61,031 bases of DNA, taken from the IMG/VR virus record IMGVR_UViG_3300018411_000017. One strand, written 5' to 3'. Position numbers and translations under genes: made by a program. The notes beneath the pieces were generated by a model that saw nothing but the letters and a program-made list of their open reading frames with translations, searched no databases and was not told the DNA's origin. The stretch comes from a virus. Taxonomy: Duplodnaviria; Heunggongvirae; Uroviricota; Caudoviricetes. Below, piece after piece: positions 19,815 through 29,900 of this stretch (position 1 is its first letter; each line of letters begins with the position of its first letter).

Positions 19815-20789
19815 ATGGCTGAGGAAAAAGTAAAAATAACAAATGGTCAAGCTATGCAAAACTTCCTCAACTCCAACACAGGCCAGGGTATAATGAGCGG
19901 AATAAATGGATTAGGTTCTATGACTTCCGCCATTGCCTCTGGTAATTCAGCTAATATAGCTACAGCAGGAGTTGATACAGCGGCTAATATAGCTTCTAAT
20001 TTTGGACCTTATGGACAAGCTATAGGAACCGGGTTAAAAGTTGTTAATACGTTAGTTAATACATTCGCTAAACCTGTTACGGTTAAAGAGAATAAAGCAG
20101 TCACTGACAGTGGAGCATTTGGCGGAGTTAAAGCTAAAACATTCTCTGGAGGATGGGGTTCTATGTTTAATAGAAGCAAGCAGCGTCGTGCCAGAGATAC
20201 GTATTACGGTCAAACTAGAGCCGCTCAAGAGATGTTAAACACGTCGTCTACTTCTTTAGATGCAGCGAATCAATCATCTGGAATGGTTGACGCTAGAACT
20301 AGAATGAGTCTATACGGTAATGCCAATAGAAATAGTGACCAAGTTACCATAGGAGAAAAAGGTATGAGTTTATCTACTATAGTAAAACATAAAGAAGTCG
20401 TATTGCCTGATAATTTAAAAAAGATTATTAAGATTGATAATACAAAAGTTATCAAACATCAATCCGGTGGTGTACTTGGCAAAAACGTTATCGTTTCTGG
20501 ATCATTTCACTCTAGGAAGCATAGTCTCAAAGATTTAGAGGCTTTTAAAGATACTAAAATGACTGAAAAGGGCGTTCCTGTTATAGCTTTAAAAGATGGC
20601 GGATCAATAGAGCAATTAGCTGAGGTTGAAAAGAATGAAATAATCTTAACAAAAGACTTAACAACAAAGCTAGAATCTTTAGCAAAAGAAAACACAAAAG
20701 AATCTCAATTGGAAGCCGGAAAGCTTTTGTCTTATGAAATAGTTAAGAATACAATAGATAGTTCAGATAAAGTATTAAAGAATTCGTAA
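19815..20789 (+). CDS. Putative cargo/ejection protein
   Basis: 324 aa; G/A/S-rich amphipathic N-terminus; KHQSGG and KDGG motifs; lies between the tail and giant RNAP genes. Confidence 0.5.
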   Translation: MAEEKVKITNGQAMQNFLNSNTGQGIMSGINGLGSMTSAIASGNSANIATAGVDTAANIASNFGPYGQAIGTGLKVVNTLVNTFAKPVTVKENKAVTDSGAFGGVKAKTFSGGWGSMFNRSKQRRARDTYYGQTRAAQEMLNTSSTSLDAANQSSGMVDARTRMSLYGNANRNSDQVTIGEKGMSLSTIVKHKEVVLPDNLKKIIKIDNTKVIKHQSGGVLGKNVIVSGSFHSRKHSLKDLEAFKDTKMTEKGVPVIALKDGGSIEQLAEVEKNEIILTKDLTTKLESLAKENTKESQLEAGKLLSYEIVKNTIDSSDKVLKNS

Positions 20790-21373
20790 TGGGTAAATGT
20801 AAAATAACTATAGGGAATAAATCATATCAGGTATCTCTTGCTGAAACAGAAGAAGAGCAAATGAAAGGATTACAAGGTGTACATACATTACCAGAAGATG
20901 AAGGAGTTTTGTTTGTATTTGAAGAGCCAGGAGAAGTTGGTTTTTGGATGAAAGATACATTGATCCCATTGGATATAATATATATAAATGACGATGATGA
21001 AGTCATTGCAGTTGAACAAGGTGTTCCAGGAGACGAGACTATATTAGAACATTCGGATGTTAAATATGTATTAGAAGTAAATAAAGATTCTGGCATTAAA
21101 ATCGGCGATGAACTAGATATTGAGGATGAAGAAAGTAGCGAATCTGAAATCATCGGAATGTATGTGATTGGCCCAAAAGGAGAAATTCAGATGGAGGTTG
21201 ATGGTAAAGAGCGAATCTTTAGTATAGAACACACCAAAACTATTATAAGACTATCTAAAAAAGCATATAAAAGCAAATTGGATTCTGATTATATAAAGTT
21301 AGGCAAAAAGATATTTAAGTATATAGAAAAACAAGATAATCAAGCAGATGATTTTGTTGAAATAAAAGATTAA
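20789..21373 (+). CDS. DUF192-family protein with C-terminal extension
   Basis: LAETEEEQMKGLQG..LPEDEGVLFVF..FWMKDTLIPLDIIYI..VLEVN matches the DUF192 signature. Confidence 0.8.
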   Translation: MGKCKITIGNKSYQVSLAETEEEQMKGLQGVHTLPEDEGVLFVFEEPGEVGFWMKDTLIPLDIIYINDDDEVIAVEQGVPGDETILEHSDVKYVLEVNKDSGIKIGDELDIEDEESSESEIIGMYVIGPKGEIQMEVDGKERIFSIEHTKTIIRLSKKAYKSKLDSDYIKLGKKIFKYIEKQDNQADDFVEIKD

Positions 21374-21403
21374 CAATCAACGGTATATAATATATTTTTT
21401 TAG

Positions 21404-21412
21404 TATATTTGC
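21404..21412 (+). promoter_or_regulatory. Bacteroidota sigma-A -7 element (TATATTTGC)
   Basis: TAnnTTTG match in the intergenic gap ahead of the 113-aa gene. Confidence 0.6.
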
Positions 21413-21456
21413 GCTGCAATTAACTATATTTTTAATTTCTAAAAAATTTATTAACT

Positions 21457-21798
21457 ATGAAACTTAAAAAGTTCCAAATGGGTGGTGCTATGCCCGAAGA
21501 ACAATCTACAGCACAGGTTCCGGTAGAAGAAACAGCTCCCGCTGAACAGCCTCAAGAAGGTGGCGATCCTATCCAGCAATTAGTTGCTGTTATTATGCAG
21601 TTAGGCGATATGGCTGCTCAAGCATTGCAAAGCCAAGATCCTAATTCAATGAGTCAGGTTTGTGAAGCGCTTGCTCAATTCGCTAATGAAATATCACAGC
21701 AAATGGGTGGTGCTGCCCAACCTAAATTTAAAAAAGGCGGTAAATTTGCAGGAAAGAAAATGATTCCCCAAAAAGCCTGTGGTAGCAAGATGAAGTAA
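21457..21798 (+). CDS. Small low-complexity putative internal virion protein
   Basis: 113 aa Q/A/E/P-rich, with KKFQMGG at the N-terminus and KFKKGGK near the C-terminus. Confidence 0.55.
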   Translation: MKLKKFQMGGAMPEEQSTAQVPVEETAPAEQPQEGGDPIQQLVAVIMQLGDMAAQALQSQDPNSMSQVCEALAQFANEISQQMGGAAQPKFKKGGKFAGKKMIPQKACGSKMK

Positions 21799-21802
21799 TA
21801 AT

Positions 21803-21833
21803 AAGGGGAAGAGAAATCTTCCCTTTTTTTTTT
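21803..21833 (+). terminator. Intrinsic terminator
   Basis: GGGGAAGA-GAAA-TCTTCCCT stem followed by a long T run. Confidence 0.8.
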
Positions 21834-21846
21834 AAACCTACATGAT

Positions 21847-24800
21847 ATGAGTTTGATAAAGAAATATCAAAATGGAAAGAAGATTAATCTTTATGCGGAT
21901 AAAGAACGAAGCATTGATGCCAGAAAGGATTTTGGAGATGTTTATAACTCTGCGTTAGAAGGATTAAATGATGAAGAAAGAGCAATAGCGAAAAGCTATA
22001 TAGATACAAAATTAAAGCCAGCTATTGAGTCTAGTGGTGCTGAATTTAAATATGATGATTCGGGATTTTTAATGAATTTACCCGAAGGAGTTGACCTTGG
22101 TCCTGAGAATAAAAAATACACAAGAGCTCAAGTCAAATCAATGTTTGATAACAAATCGGATAGAGATTCTTTTATTAAACGTCAAAACATTATAGCTAAA
22201 GTCAATAAATCTGTTTTAGATAAGATTGGTTCAAGTATATCTGGACTTTCAGACCAAGATAAACAGACCGCCGAAATAAATAGAACATCTGCTATTATTA
22301 ACCGATTTGAGGAATTAGGCAAAACTTCTAAATTCATGAATCATTATACTGGTCAGAATTTAAAAAGCGGATTAGATGTTTCTGTCGCTAATTTGGATTT
22401 CGCTAAAAAAGACGAATCAGAACGCAGCAAAGCATTGATTGATTGGACAAAGAAACACGCTTCTAACATATTAAATATTAACCCATCAGATAAGGATGAA
22501 GTAAATGCTTTTAAAGACAAAACTGGATTGGATTTAAATGATGTTCAGTCTAAGTTAAAACAATATAAATCAGGTCTAGATATAGAAGTTAATAAAGAGA
22601 ATCTTAATAATATAGCTTCTATCATAGGAACTAAGATGACTGTTGATACTTATTCCAATAAAGAAAATATAGCAAGATGGTTGAAATCTGATGAATCTAC
22701 AAAAGCAAATATCGGTGGAACTGAAGGCTTAGTCAATACATCTATTAGCGGAGGTCAAACGACAGGAGCTGTAACTAGTCAACAGGCAGAAGAGGCTAAG
22801 GCTATCAACCCCAATGCTTATTCTCCTATTGTGAATCAGCAAGAGACGAAAGAAGAGACGAAGAGTATTGCTGAAACTCCATATGTAGTTCAAATGGGTG
22901 AATCATTACCATCGGCGCCTAAAAATGGATCAACACCTTCTGATATTATTAATAAAATTAAAGACAAAGACATTGATCTTAGCGATTCTGATTGGGCTGA
23001 TTTAACTGAATTAGGTCTTAATGTTGCTAGTGCTATTACTGGAGTTACAGGATTCTCTCCGGCTGCGGCTGGACTTGGTGCTGCTGCAACTACATCTGGG
23101 TTATATTCCGCTATATCAAAAGGAGAAGATACCTGGTCTGCAATAGGAAACGCTGCTTTAGGATATGGTTTAGATGCATTAAGTTTAATCCCATATGCAG
23201 GAACATTGGCTTCTACAGCTAAAGTAGGCAAGGTCATATCTAAGTCTGCTAAAGCTTTAAAGACATTAGGATCTATAGCAACTGCGGCTGGTCTAATGGA
23301 ATTATCCAGTACTATATCAAAAGCAATTAAAGATCCATCTTCTATGACAGTTAAAGACTGGGGTGCTCTAGCAAATGGTATTACAACTTTAGCTGCTGGA
23401 AGAAGGGGCGTTGGATTGTCTCCAAATAGAAGATTAAGCGCTAACATTGGAGGAAAACAATCTACTATTACATTAAATGCTGACGAAGCAAAATTATTAT
23501 CTAAATCAGCAGATAAGGTAAATGATGCAAAACTTATTATATCAAAAAAATTGAAGATAAAACCTGATGATGTAGATTTAGAAACTGCAAAAAAACTGAC
23601 AATGTCAAAAGGTAAATGGAATATGCCAACTATAAAAAAACAAGATGTTCCTAAAACTGGAGCTGGATATATTAACCCAGATGAAAAAGCTGGCAGAAAT
23701 ATTTTAAGAAGAGCGGTTAGTCCTAATTTTGTTTATAAAAGTAATTATAACAAATGGCAAAATGCCCTAAACAAAACTACGCCAGTGAAAAAGAATGGAG
23801 GTATCTTATTAGAAGATAAAATAATGAAAGACAATATTAAAGAACCAAAACTTATATTAAAAGCTCAATTTGGTGCAAGTACATTAGTGGGTCCATTAGC
23901 TAGTATATTAAAAAAGCCAAACACCTCAGCATTGGATGCTAATAATGAGAATAAAAGCAAATTAGCCAGTATGAAGAAGCCTACAAATATATCTAATATT
24001 AAAACTGCTAATATAAAGAAATGGCAAGGATTAAATACTGAAACAATTGCTCCAGAACAACCTAAAAAGAGTTTATTTGATGCAGTGAAAGGCTTAGATC
24101 CTGTATTTATGGCTGATTTAGGACGTTTGGCATTAAACCAAGCTGCTGTTGCAAGTTACGATAAAACTGTTCATACTCCAAGTTATTCTCAAATGGCTGA
24201 AGTTTATTCAGCGCCTATTGATACTTCTACTAGGGATTTTTATACAAATGAAGCTGGAAAAGTTATGTCTGGATATAAACCTCAGACATCTGATGCTTTA
24301 ATGAATGATAGAATATTGAGAGCAAGGCAAGCAGAATCTAGAAACTTAAGATATCAAGGACAAGCTGATTACGCTTCTAAAGTAGCACAGAAACGAGCTA
24401 CAGATTTGGAATTAGCTAAAGGATATTCAGAGGCTAGAAATAAGATTGCTAATATGAACCTAGATGCTGCAACTCAAGCCGCTAATCAAAGAGTTCAATT
24501 AAAGAATTTAGTCGCTGGGCAATCTGCAACAAATCTGGACACATTTATATCAAGATGGCAGGCTAAAAAGCAGCAAGATGATTTAGCGAATAAATCTCTT
24601 AATCAACAAATGGCTTTATCGGATATAGATACTCAAATGAATGCAGATATGCAATCTCTTCAGAATAAGATGAATCAATTAATGTCACAAGAGCAAACTC
24701 CAGAAGTTATAGCACAAAGAGCTAAGTTAAATGAACAATATTCTAAACTTATGGGCTTGAAAAAGCAAGCATCTTATTCTGCGTTGAAAAATCCGAATAT

Positions 24801-25002
24801 GAAATTTGATTATATGGCAGCAAAACAACAGGCTGGAATCAATGCGTTTAAAAAAGGCGGATCATTGGTGAATTATATTACTAGATTAGATCGTTTTAAT
24901 GAAAGGCAAATTTCTAAGATAAATAGCAATATGGATAAGAAATATCTTATGAATGTTAAAAATAATCTGGAAATATTAAAAGAAATATTAAAAGGTAAAT
25001 AA
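21847..25002 (+). CDS. Large cargo/ejection protein with hydrophobic G/A-rich hairpin region
   Basis: 1051 aa; central LGLNVASAITGVTGFSPAAAGLGAAA...GLDALSLIPYAGTLAS segment; Q/A-rich coiled-coil C-terminus. Confidence 0.55.
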   Translation: MSLIKKYQNGKKINLYADKERSIDARKDFGDVYNSALEGLNDEERAIAKSYIDTKLKPAIESSGAEFKYDDSGFLMNLPEGVDLGPENKKYTRAQVKSMFDNKSDRDSFIKRQNIIAKVNKSVLDKIGSSISGLSDQDKQTAEINRTSAIINRFEELGKTSKFMNHYTGQNLKSGLDVSVANLDFAKKDESERSKALIDWTKKHASNILNINPSDKDEVNAFKDKTGLDLNDVQSKLKQYKSGLDIEVNKENLNNIASIIGTKMTVDTYSNKENIARWLKSDESTKANIGGTEGLVNTSISGGQTTGAVTSQQAEEAKAINPNAYSPIVNQQETKEETKSIAETPYVVQMGESLPSAPKNGSTPSDIINKIKDKDIDLSDSDWADLTELGLNVASAITGVTGFSPAAAGLGAAATTSGLYSAISKGEDTWSAIGNAALGYGLDALSLIPYAGTLASTAKVGKVISKSAKALKTLGSIATAAGLMELSSTISKAIKDPSSMTVKDWGALANGITTLAAGRRGVGLSPNRRLSANIGGKQSTITLNADEAKLLSKSADKVNDAKLIISKKLKIKPDDVDLETAKKLTMSKGKWNMPTIKKQDVPKTGAGYINPDEKAGRNILRRAVSPNFVYKSNYNKWQNALNKTTPVKKNGGILLEDKIMKDNIKEPKLILKAQFGASTLVGPLASILKKPNTSALDANNENKSKLASMKKPTNISNIKTANIKKWQGLNTETIAPEQPKKSLFDAVKGLDPVFMADLGRLALNQAAVASYDKTVHTPSYSQMAEVYSAPIDTSTRDFYTNEAGKVMSGYKPQTSDALMNDRILRARQAESRNLRYQGQADYASKVAQKRATDLELAKGYSEARNKIANMNLDAATQAANQRVQLKNLVAGQSATNLDTFISRWQAKKQQDDLANKSLNQQMALSDIDTQMNADMQSLQNKMNQLMSQEQTPEVIAQRAKLNEQYSKLMGLKKQASYSALKNPNMKFDYMAAKQQAGINAFKKGGSLVNYITRLDRFNERQISKINSNMDKKYLMNVKNNLEILKEILKGK

Positions 25003-25003
25003 T

Positions 25004-26935
25004 ATGAAGTTAAACATACAAAAATTTCAAGGTGGAGGGCTTATGGCCTTCCAACCTTTACCTCTAGCTACTTACCCAACCAATCCATCTAATGTTTCTG
25101 ATGAAAGTGATAGCAAATCATCTTCTAAAAAAGAATCAGATGATAGCGCAATCTCTAAAAGTCTATTAAAAGAAATGATAGGCAAAGGAATTACCAATGA
25201 TGTTATGGCGTTTAAAAATATGGTAGACAGCGCTAATCAGACTTATTTATCTATGACTGATTTAGAACGAAATACATTACAGGGTAAAAGATTAGCTTCT
25301 ATAATTGCAGGGAATGATTGGTCTACAATAAATGCTCTACTAAGAAATGGGGAAACGTTTAAAAACAGCATAGAAACTGTTAAGACTAATAAAGCATATG
25401 ATGAATTAGCAGTTTCAGATAACGGAGTCGTTGTGTTAGATCAAACAACCAACAGGCCTACTGTTATATCGGCGGAAGAGTTTGCTGAAGAAATGAGGAA
25501 TGATAAAAGCAAGTATAGATCTATTACGAATGCTGAATTGGCTAATTTAAGAGAAACAAATCCGTATATGGCCAATGACACTAGTTCTTTTAGGTATTTA
25601 AATAATGCCAGAGGGATGGAATATATTAGATCTGAAGTAGATAAATATACAGATTCTCTTGGTGCTATTTCAAGTTCTTATTCGTCTAATGAATTCAAGA
25701 AAGCAGAATCAAAAGAAATATTAGGAGCTATATCTGAAATAAAGGATAAAGTTAAAGATGGAGTATTTTCTGTTGATGAATTGGTAGAGCAATCTAGCAA
25801 TTCTAGGCAAATAAAAGCGGCTATTGAAGGAGCTTGGCAAAATCTATCTAGCGCATCAAAACAGGTGTTAAAAGCTAGAGCTGCTAAAGAAGGATACGAT
25901 CCAAAAGATTTGGAATCTGCTGCTAAAAACTATGTAGTTTTAATGTTTGCTGGATTAAGCTCTGATAGCATTAAACAGGATAAAAAAATAAAGTATGAAG
26001 GTGACTTGACAAAAGGTATTGTAGACGGAACCGCAAATGTGTTGACAGGAGAATTTGGTTACACAGAAGCTTTAGTTAGTGGAACCGGGACCAATTCCAT
26101 ATTAAAGATCAATCAAGGATATAACACTCAATATGAAGTTCCAGCGCAAACATTTGGCGGGTATATGGAACAAGGGAAAATAACAGGCCCATCTATGCTC
26201 TCTGATATGAATTCTCTTATGATGATTGTTGATAAAAATAATATATCAGTTGGAGGCAATCCAGTTGATTTTGATAAGAAGAATTCTATTATGTATAATG
26301 GAGGTGATATCGGAAGAGCAGTGTTACCATATAAATATGTCACAGATGAAAAGACTAAAAAAACAAATATAGTACCTGATTACAACCTATCTGAGAGATT
26401 AAGGGTAGCTCAAAAAGAAATCAATAGTTTGTCAAATAAGAACAGCGTAATAGACAAAGAACGGATTTATAGAAAGTATGAGATAAGTACTGATGGATAT
26501 GGTAATTTAGATCAGAGTAAATTTAAAACATTTTTAATGTTTTATGGAAATATTGGTAGTGAAGCTTTAAAAGATAATGCTAATAAAGGATTGTTACTTG
26601 AAGAAGATGATGAAAATGTTAAAAAACTATTTAATCAGAAATACCAATACGGGAATGAAGATATATCAAAATCAAAAAAGAAATCTGTTGAAGATAGAAC
26701 ATCTTCCTGGTATAGTTTTGGACTAACAGATACTGGTGATATCTATAAAGGCGTTGTGGCGATACCATTAACTGATACTGGTCAATCTGCTAGATTGGCA
26801 GATAAAAACTCTTTTGCTATTCCTAAATCAGAAACTACTCCACGTTATTATAGAGAAAACGCACAAGATTATTCAGGGTCTGGATACTTTGATAAAAGTA
26901 AAGGGACTAAAGCGGTTAGTGCTGATAACTGGTAA
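25004..26935 (+). CDS. Putative cargo/ejection protein
   Basis: 643 aa; starts MKLNIQKFQGGG; adjacent to the giant virion genes. Confidence 0.5.
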   Translation: MKLNIQKFQGGGLMAFQPLPLATYPTNPSNVSDESDSKSSSKKESDDSAISKSLLKEMIGKGITNDVMAFKNMVDSANQTYLSMTDLERNTLQGKRLASIIAGNDWSTINALLRNGETFKNSIETVKTNKAYDELAVSDNGVVVLDQTTNRPTVISAEEFAEEMRNDKSKYRSITNAELANLRETNPYMANDTSSFRYLNNARGMEYIRSEVDKYTDSLGAISSSYSSNEFKKAESKEILGAISEIKDKVKDGVFSVDELVEQSSNSRQIKAAIEGAWQNLSSASKQVLKARAAKEGYDPKDLESAAKNYVVLMFAGLSSDSIKQDKKIKYEGDLTKGIVDGTANVLTGEFGYTEALVSGTGTNSILKINQGYNTQYEVPAQTFGGYMEQGKITGPSMLSDMNSLMMIVDKNNISVGGNPVDFDKKNSIMYNGGDIGRAVLPYKYVTDEKTKKTNIVPDYNLSERLRVAQKEINSLSNKNSVIDKERIYRKYEISTDGYGNLDQSKFKTFLMFYGNIGSEALKDNANKGLLLEEDDENVKKLFNQKYQYGNEDISKSKKKSVEDRTSSWYSFGLTDTGDIYKGVVAIPLTDTGQSARLADKNSFAIPKSETTPRYYRENAQDYSGSGYFDKSKGTKAVSADNW

Positions 26936-26965
26936 GATAATACAAATACAATAATATTATATAAA

Positions 26966-29900
26966 ATGGCTGATACTTTACAAAATAAAAACAGCGATTG
27001 GATTGGTTCTATAGTTAAAAATCCAGAGACAACTATGGACCAATGGATCTATGAAGAAGGTTTAAATGCTAATAATACAACTATATACGACAAAGAATTT
27101 TATAAGTCTAAAGACACTATAAAGAAGATGTTTACAGATTCATCTGGAAAATTTAAAGAAAAAGAATTTGACAACTTTTACAACCAATCTGTTGCGTCTT
27201 ATAATGAGTTAATGCAAAGGACTTATAATGAAGATCTTGAAGTAAGTAGATCTTTCCTCGACAACGAATTACATGTTCCAAAAGATGCTAAAAAAATATC
27301 ATCTAAAGGTAAATTTACAAAAGTGATGAATCCCGAAGGGGATTTAACTAGTTTTGAGGGTTTTAATGTTACTACCAAAGGTAAAAAAAGCAAATATGAA
27401 TTAGCTCAAAATAACGAAGTTCTAGATTATGCCACAGGAGAATCTAAGGGGTGGAAACCAAATGATGATGATCGAAGTGGAATACTTGATTTTATATTTA
27501 AAACAGAGCCAGTTGTTTTTGCGCAATACGATGAAGATGGATTCCATTCTGATCCGATTACTGGTAAGCAAATCCCACACAGTAAAGGTCAGCCTAAATT
27601 AAATTCTGATGGTAATTTCTATTACGAAACATTGGGTAATAGAGAATCTACTGGCAAGACATTTCTAAGTATAGGCGATACCGTTACTGATGATGGTTCA
27701 TTTGCAAACAAGTTTGACTTTATTGATTCAGATGGATTGGATAAAAGCATAACTGGCAGTGTCGTTAAGAATGCTGCTAAAATAGCACCTTATTTTATCC
27801 CATATGTTAAAAATGTATATACCATAGCTAATACGGTTTTGGATCTTGCTAACGCAACTCCTGAACTAGTAAAAGCTATGGCTTCTATGACTGGGACTGA
27901 TCTATCTAATAGTAAAACGTTAAATCAGTTAAAAGGTCAAACAGCTAGACTTTACACTGGAACATCTGAGTATGCTAAGCAGAATACGTTTGGTGTTGAG
28001 AATGTATTAAATATGGTCTCTCAGACATTTGACCAATTGAATTCGCAACGAGCAATAGCATCAATACCTTCTTTGCTAGGATCGAAAGCTAATAGTATTA
28101 GAAAATATGAGAATCTAATAAAGAAAACGTTAGGAGAAGAGGGTTTCGCTCAATTTGGGGTTCTCGATAAATCTCAAAAGATGTCTACTATAAATAAACT
28201 ATCATCTTATAATGCAACTATTAAAGCATTGCAAAAGAGACAGGAATTTTGGCAGACAACAGGAGCTAAAGCATTGTCTAGTTTATATATGGCCGCTACG
28301 TCCGCTACATCTGCATATGAAGATGCTAAAAGTTCGGGGCTAAGTACTGAACATGCATCTGCCTATTATATGGGAGTGCTAGCTAGCTATTATGGATTAA
28401 TGCAATATACGGATATTGGACATTGGGCTTTAAAAGGTATAGGAGTTGATGATGCTTCAAAAGCTTTAAATAAGATGGTAAAAACAGAGTCGGAAACAAT
28501 GACTCAGTCTTTATCTAAACTAATGAAAGCTTATGAAACAGTTGGACAAACTGAAGCAGTAAAATCTTCTATGTTTATAAGAGCTTTTAATGCTGGGAAA
28601 GAAGCTTTGAAAAATGGCTCAAAAAAATTGTTTTCCGGAGAAATAGATACAACCGTCAAAGCAATGGCGGCGGAAGGTCTTGAGGAAGTTTCAGAAGAAG
28701 CGATGCAAGATGGATGGAAAAGCGTTTATAACACATTAAATCAAATGGGTTATATACCAGACGCCACAAGAGAAAAAAAGTTCCAATTCGATATGCAAGA
28801 TATTGTATCAAGATATGGAATGAGTCTATTTGGTGGTGCACTAGGTGGAGCTGTTTTCCATTTAAATGATAAATTTATAAACAAGACAGGGTTTTCTGAT
28901 GATAAAGATATGCTATGGTATATATCAAATGGGCATAAGGATAAAGTAATTGAGAGCATCAATAAGCTTGAATCTAAAGGCTTTTTTGGATCTAAAGCAT
29001 TAACCCCTAATGCTATATACGCTCCAGCATCAGAAGAAGATGTTCCGGTTTATGAACCAACAAATGACCCAAATAAAAGCCAAAATTCATATATTGCTAA
29101 CCTTTTAAAAGCTAAAGTTAATCAACTTAGTACAATAGTTGATTATTACAATATACCATCTGAAATTAAACTAGGAAAAGACTATACTAAGATGGTAAAC
29201 GGGTTGATTAATGTAGGAGTCAACTCTTCTATATCAGATGATATATATGAAATATCTTCAGATTTATTTGACGATATCAAAGATCTTAGAGGTTTAGAAA
29301 AACCTTTAGATACGGCTACTGATGAAGAAATATCTATATATAAGAATAAACAATCTGAATTAAAAAAGAAGATTGATGAAAAGAAAAAAGAACTTGTAGA
29401 AATATCTGAAGGCAAAAAGCTTGAGAAATATTTTGGAGAGGCTTACTTTTCTACTAGAGCTGGTATGTATGCTCCATTTGGAGTTAAAACAGTGAATGAT
29501 TTTGCTGAATCAAAATTCAACAAAAAGTATAAAGATTTAACTGATGAAGAAAAAGTACAAGTAGAAAAAGCTAATTTAGAATACAAAGAGTTCTCTAGAA
29601 GAAATCAGTTAAGAATTTCAAAAGGGATATTTGATAATTACGTTGATCATTTTATAAAGAATTCAGCAAAATTAAAACAGCCTAAGATAATAGACGTAGA
29701 CAGGTCTAAGCTTGATAATTATATAAAAGAATTGTCTATTAATGATAAACTAAAAGATAAAACTTTTGAGGAAATTATAGACGATTATGATCAACTGCTG
29801 AATTCAGAAATTACAAATGTCAATCAAACTCCTATAAAATACGAGGCTAAGTTGTTGCAAGACGACATAGAAAAAGATTTAAGCCCTTTAAAAGATAACA

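Noticed and set aside
22840-22866. Short tandem repeat AAGAGACGAAAGAAGAGACGAAGAG
   Set aside because: Encodes a low-complexity linker (QETKEETK); no evidence of a functional repeat.
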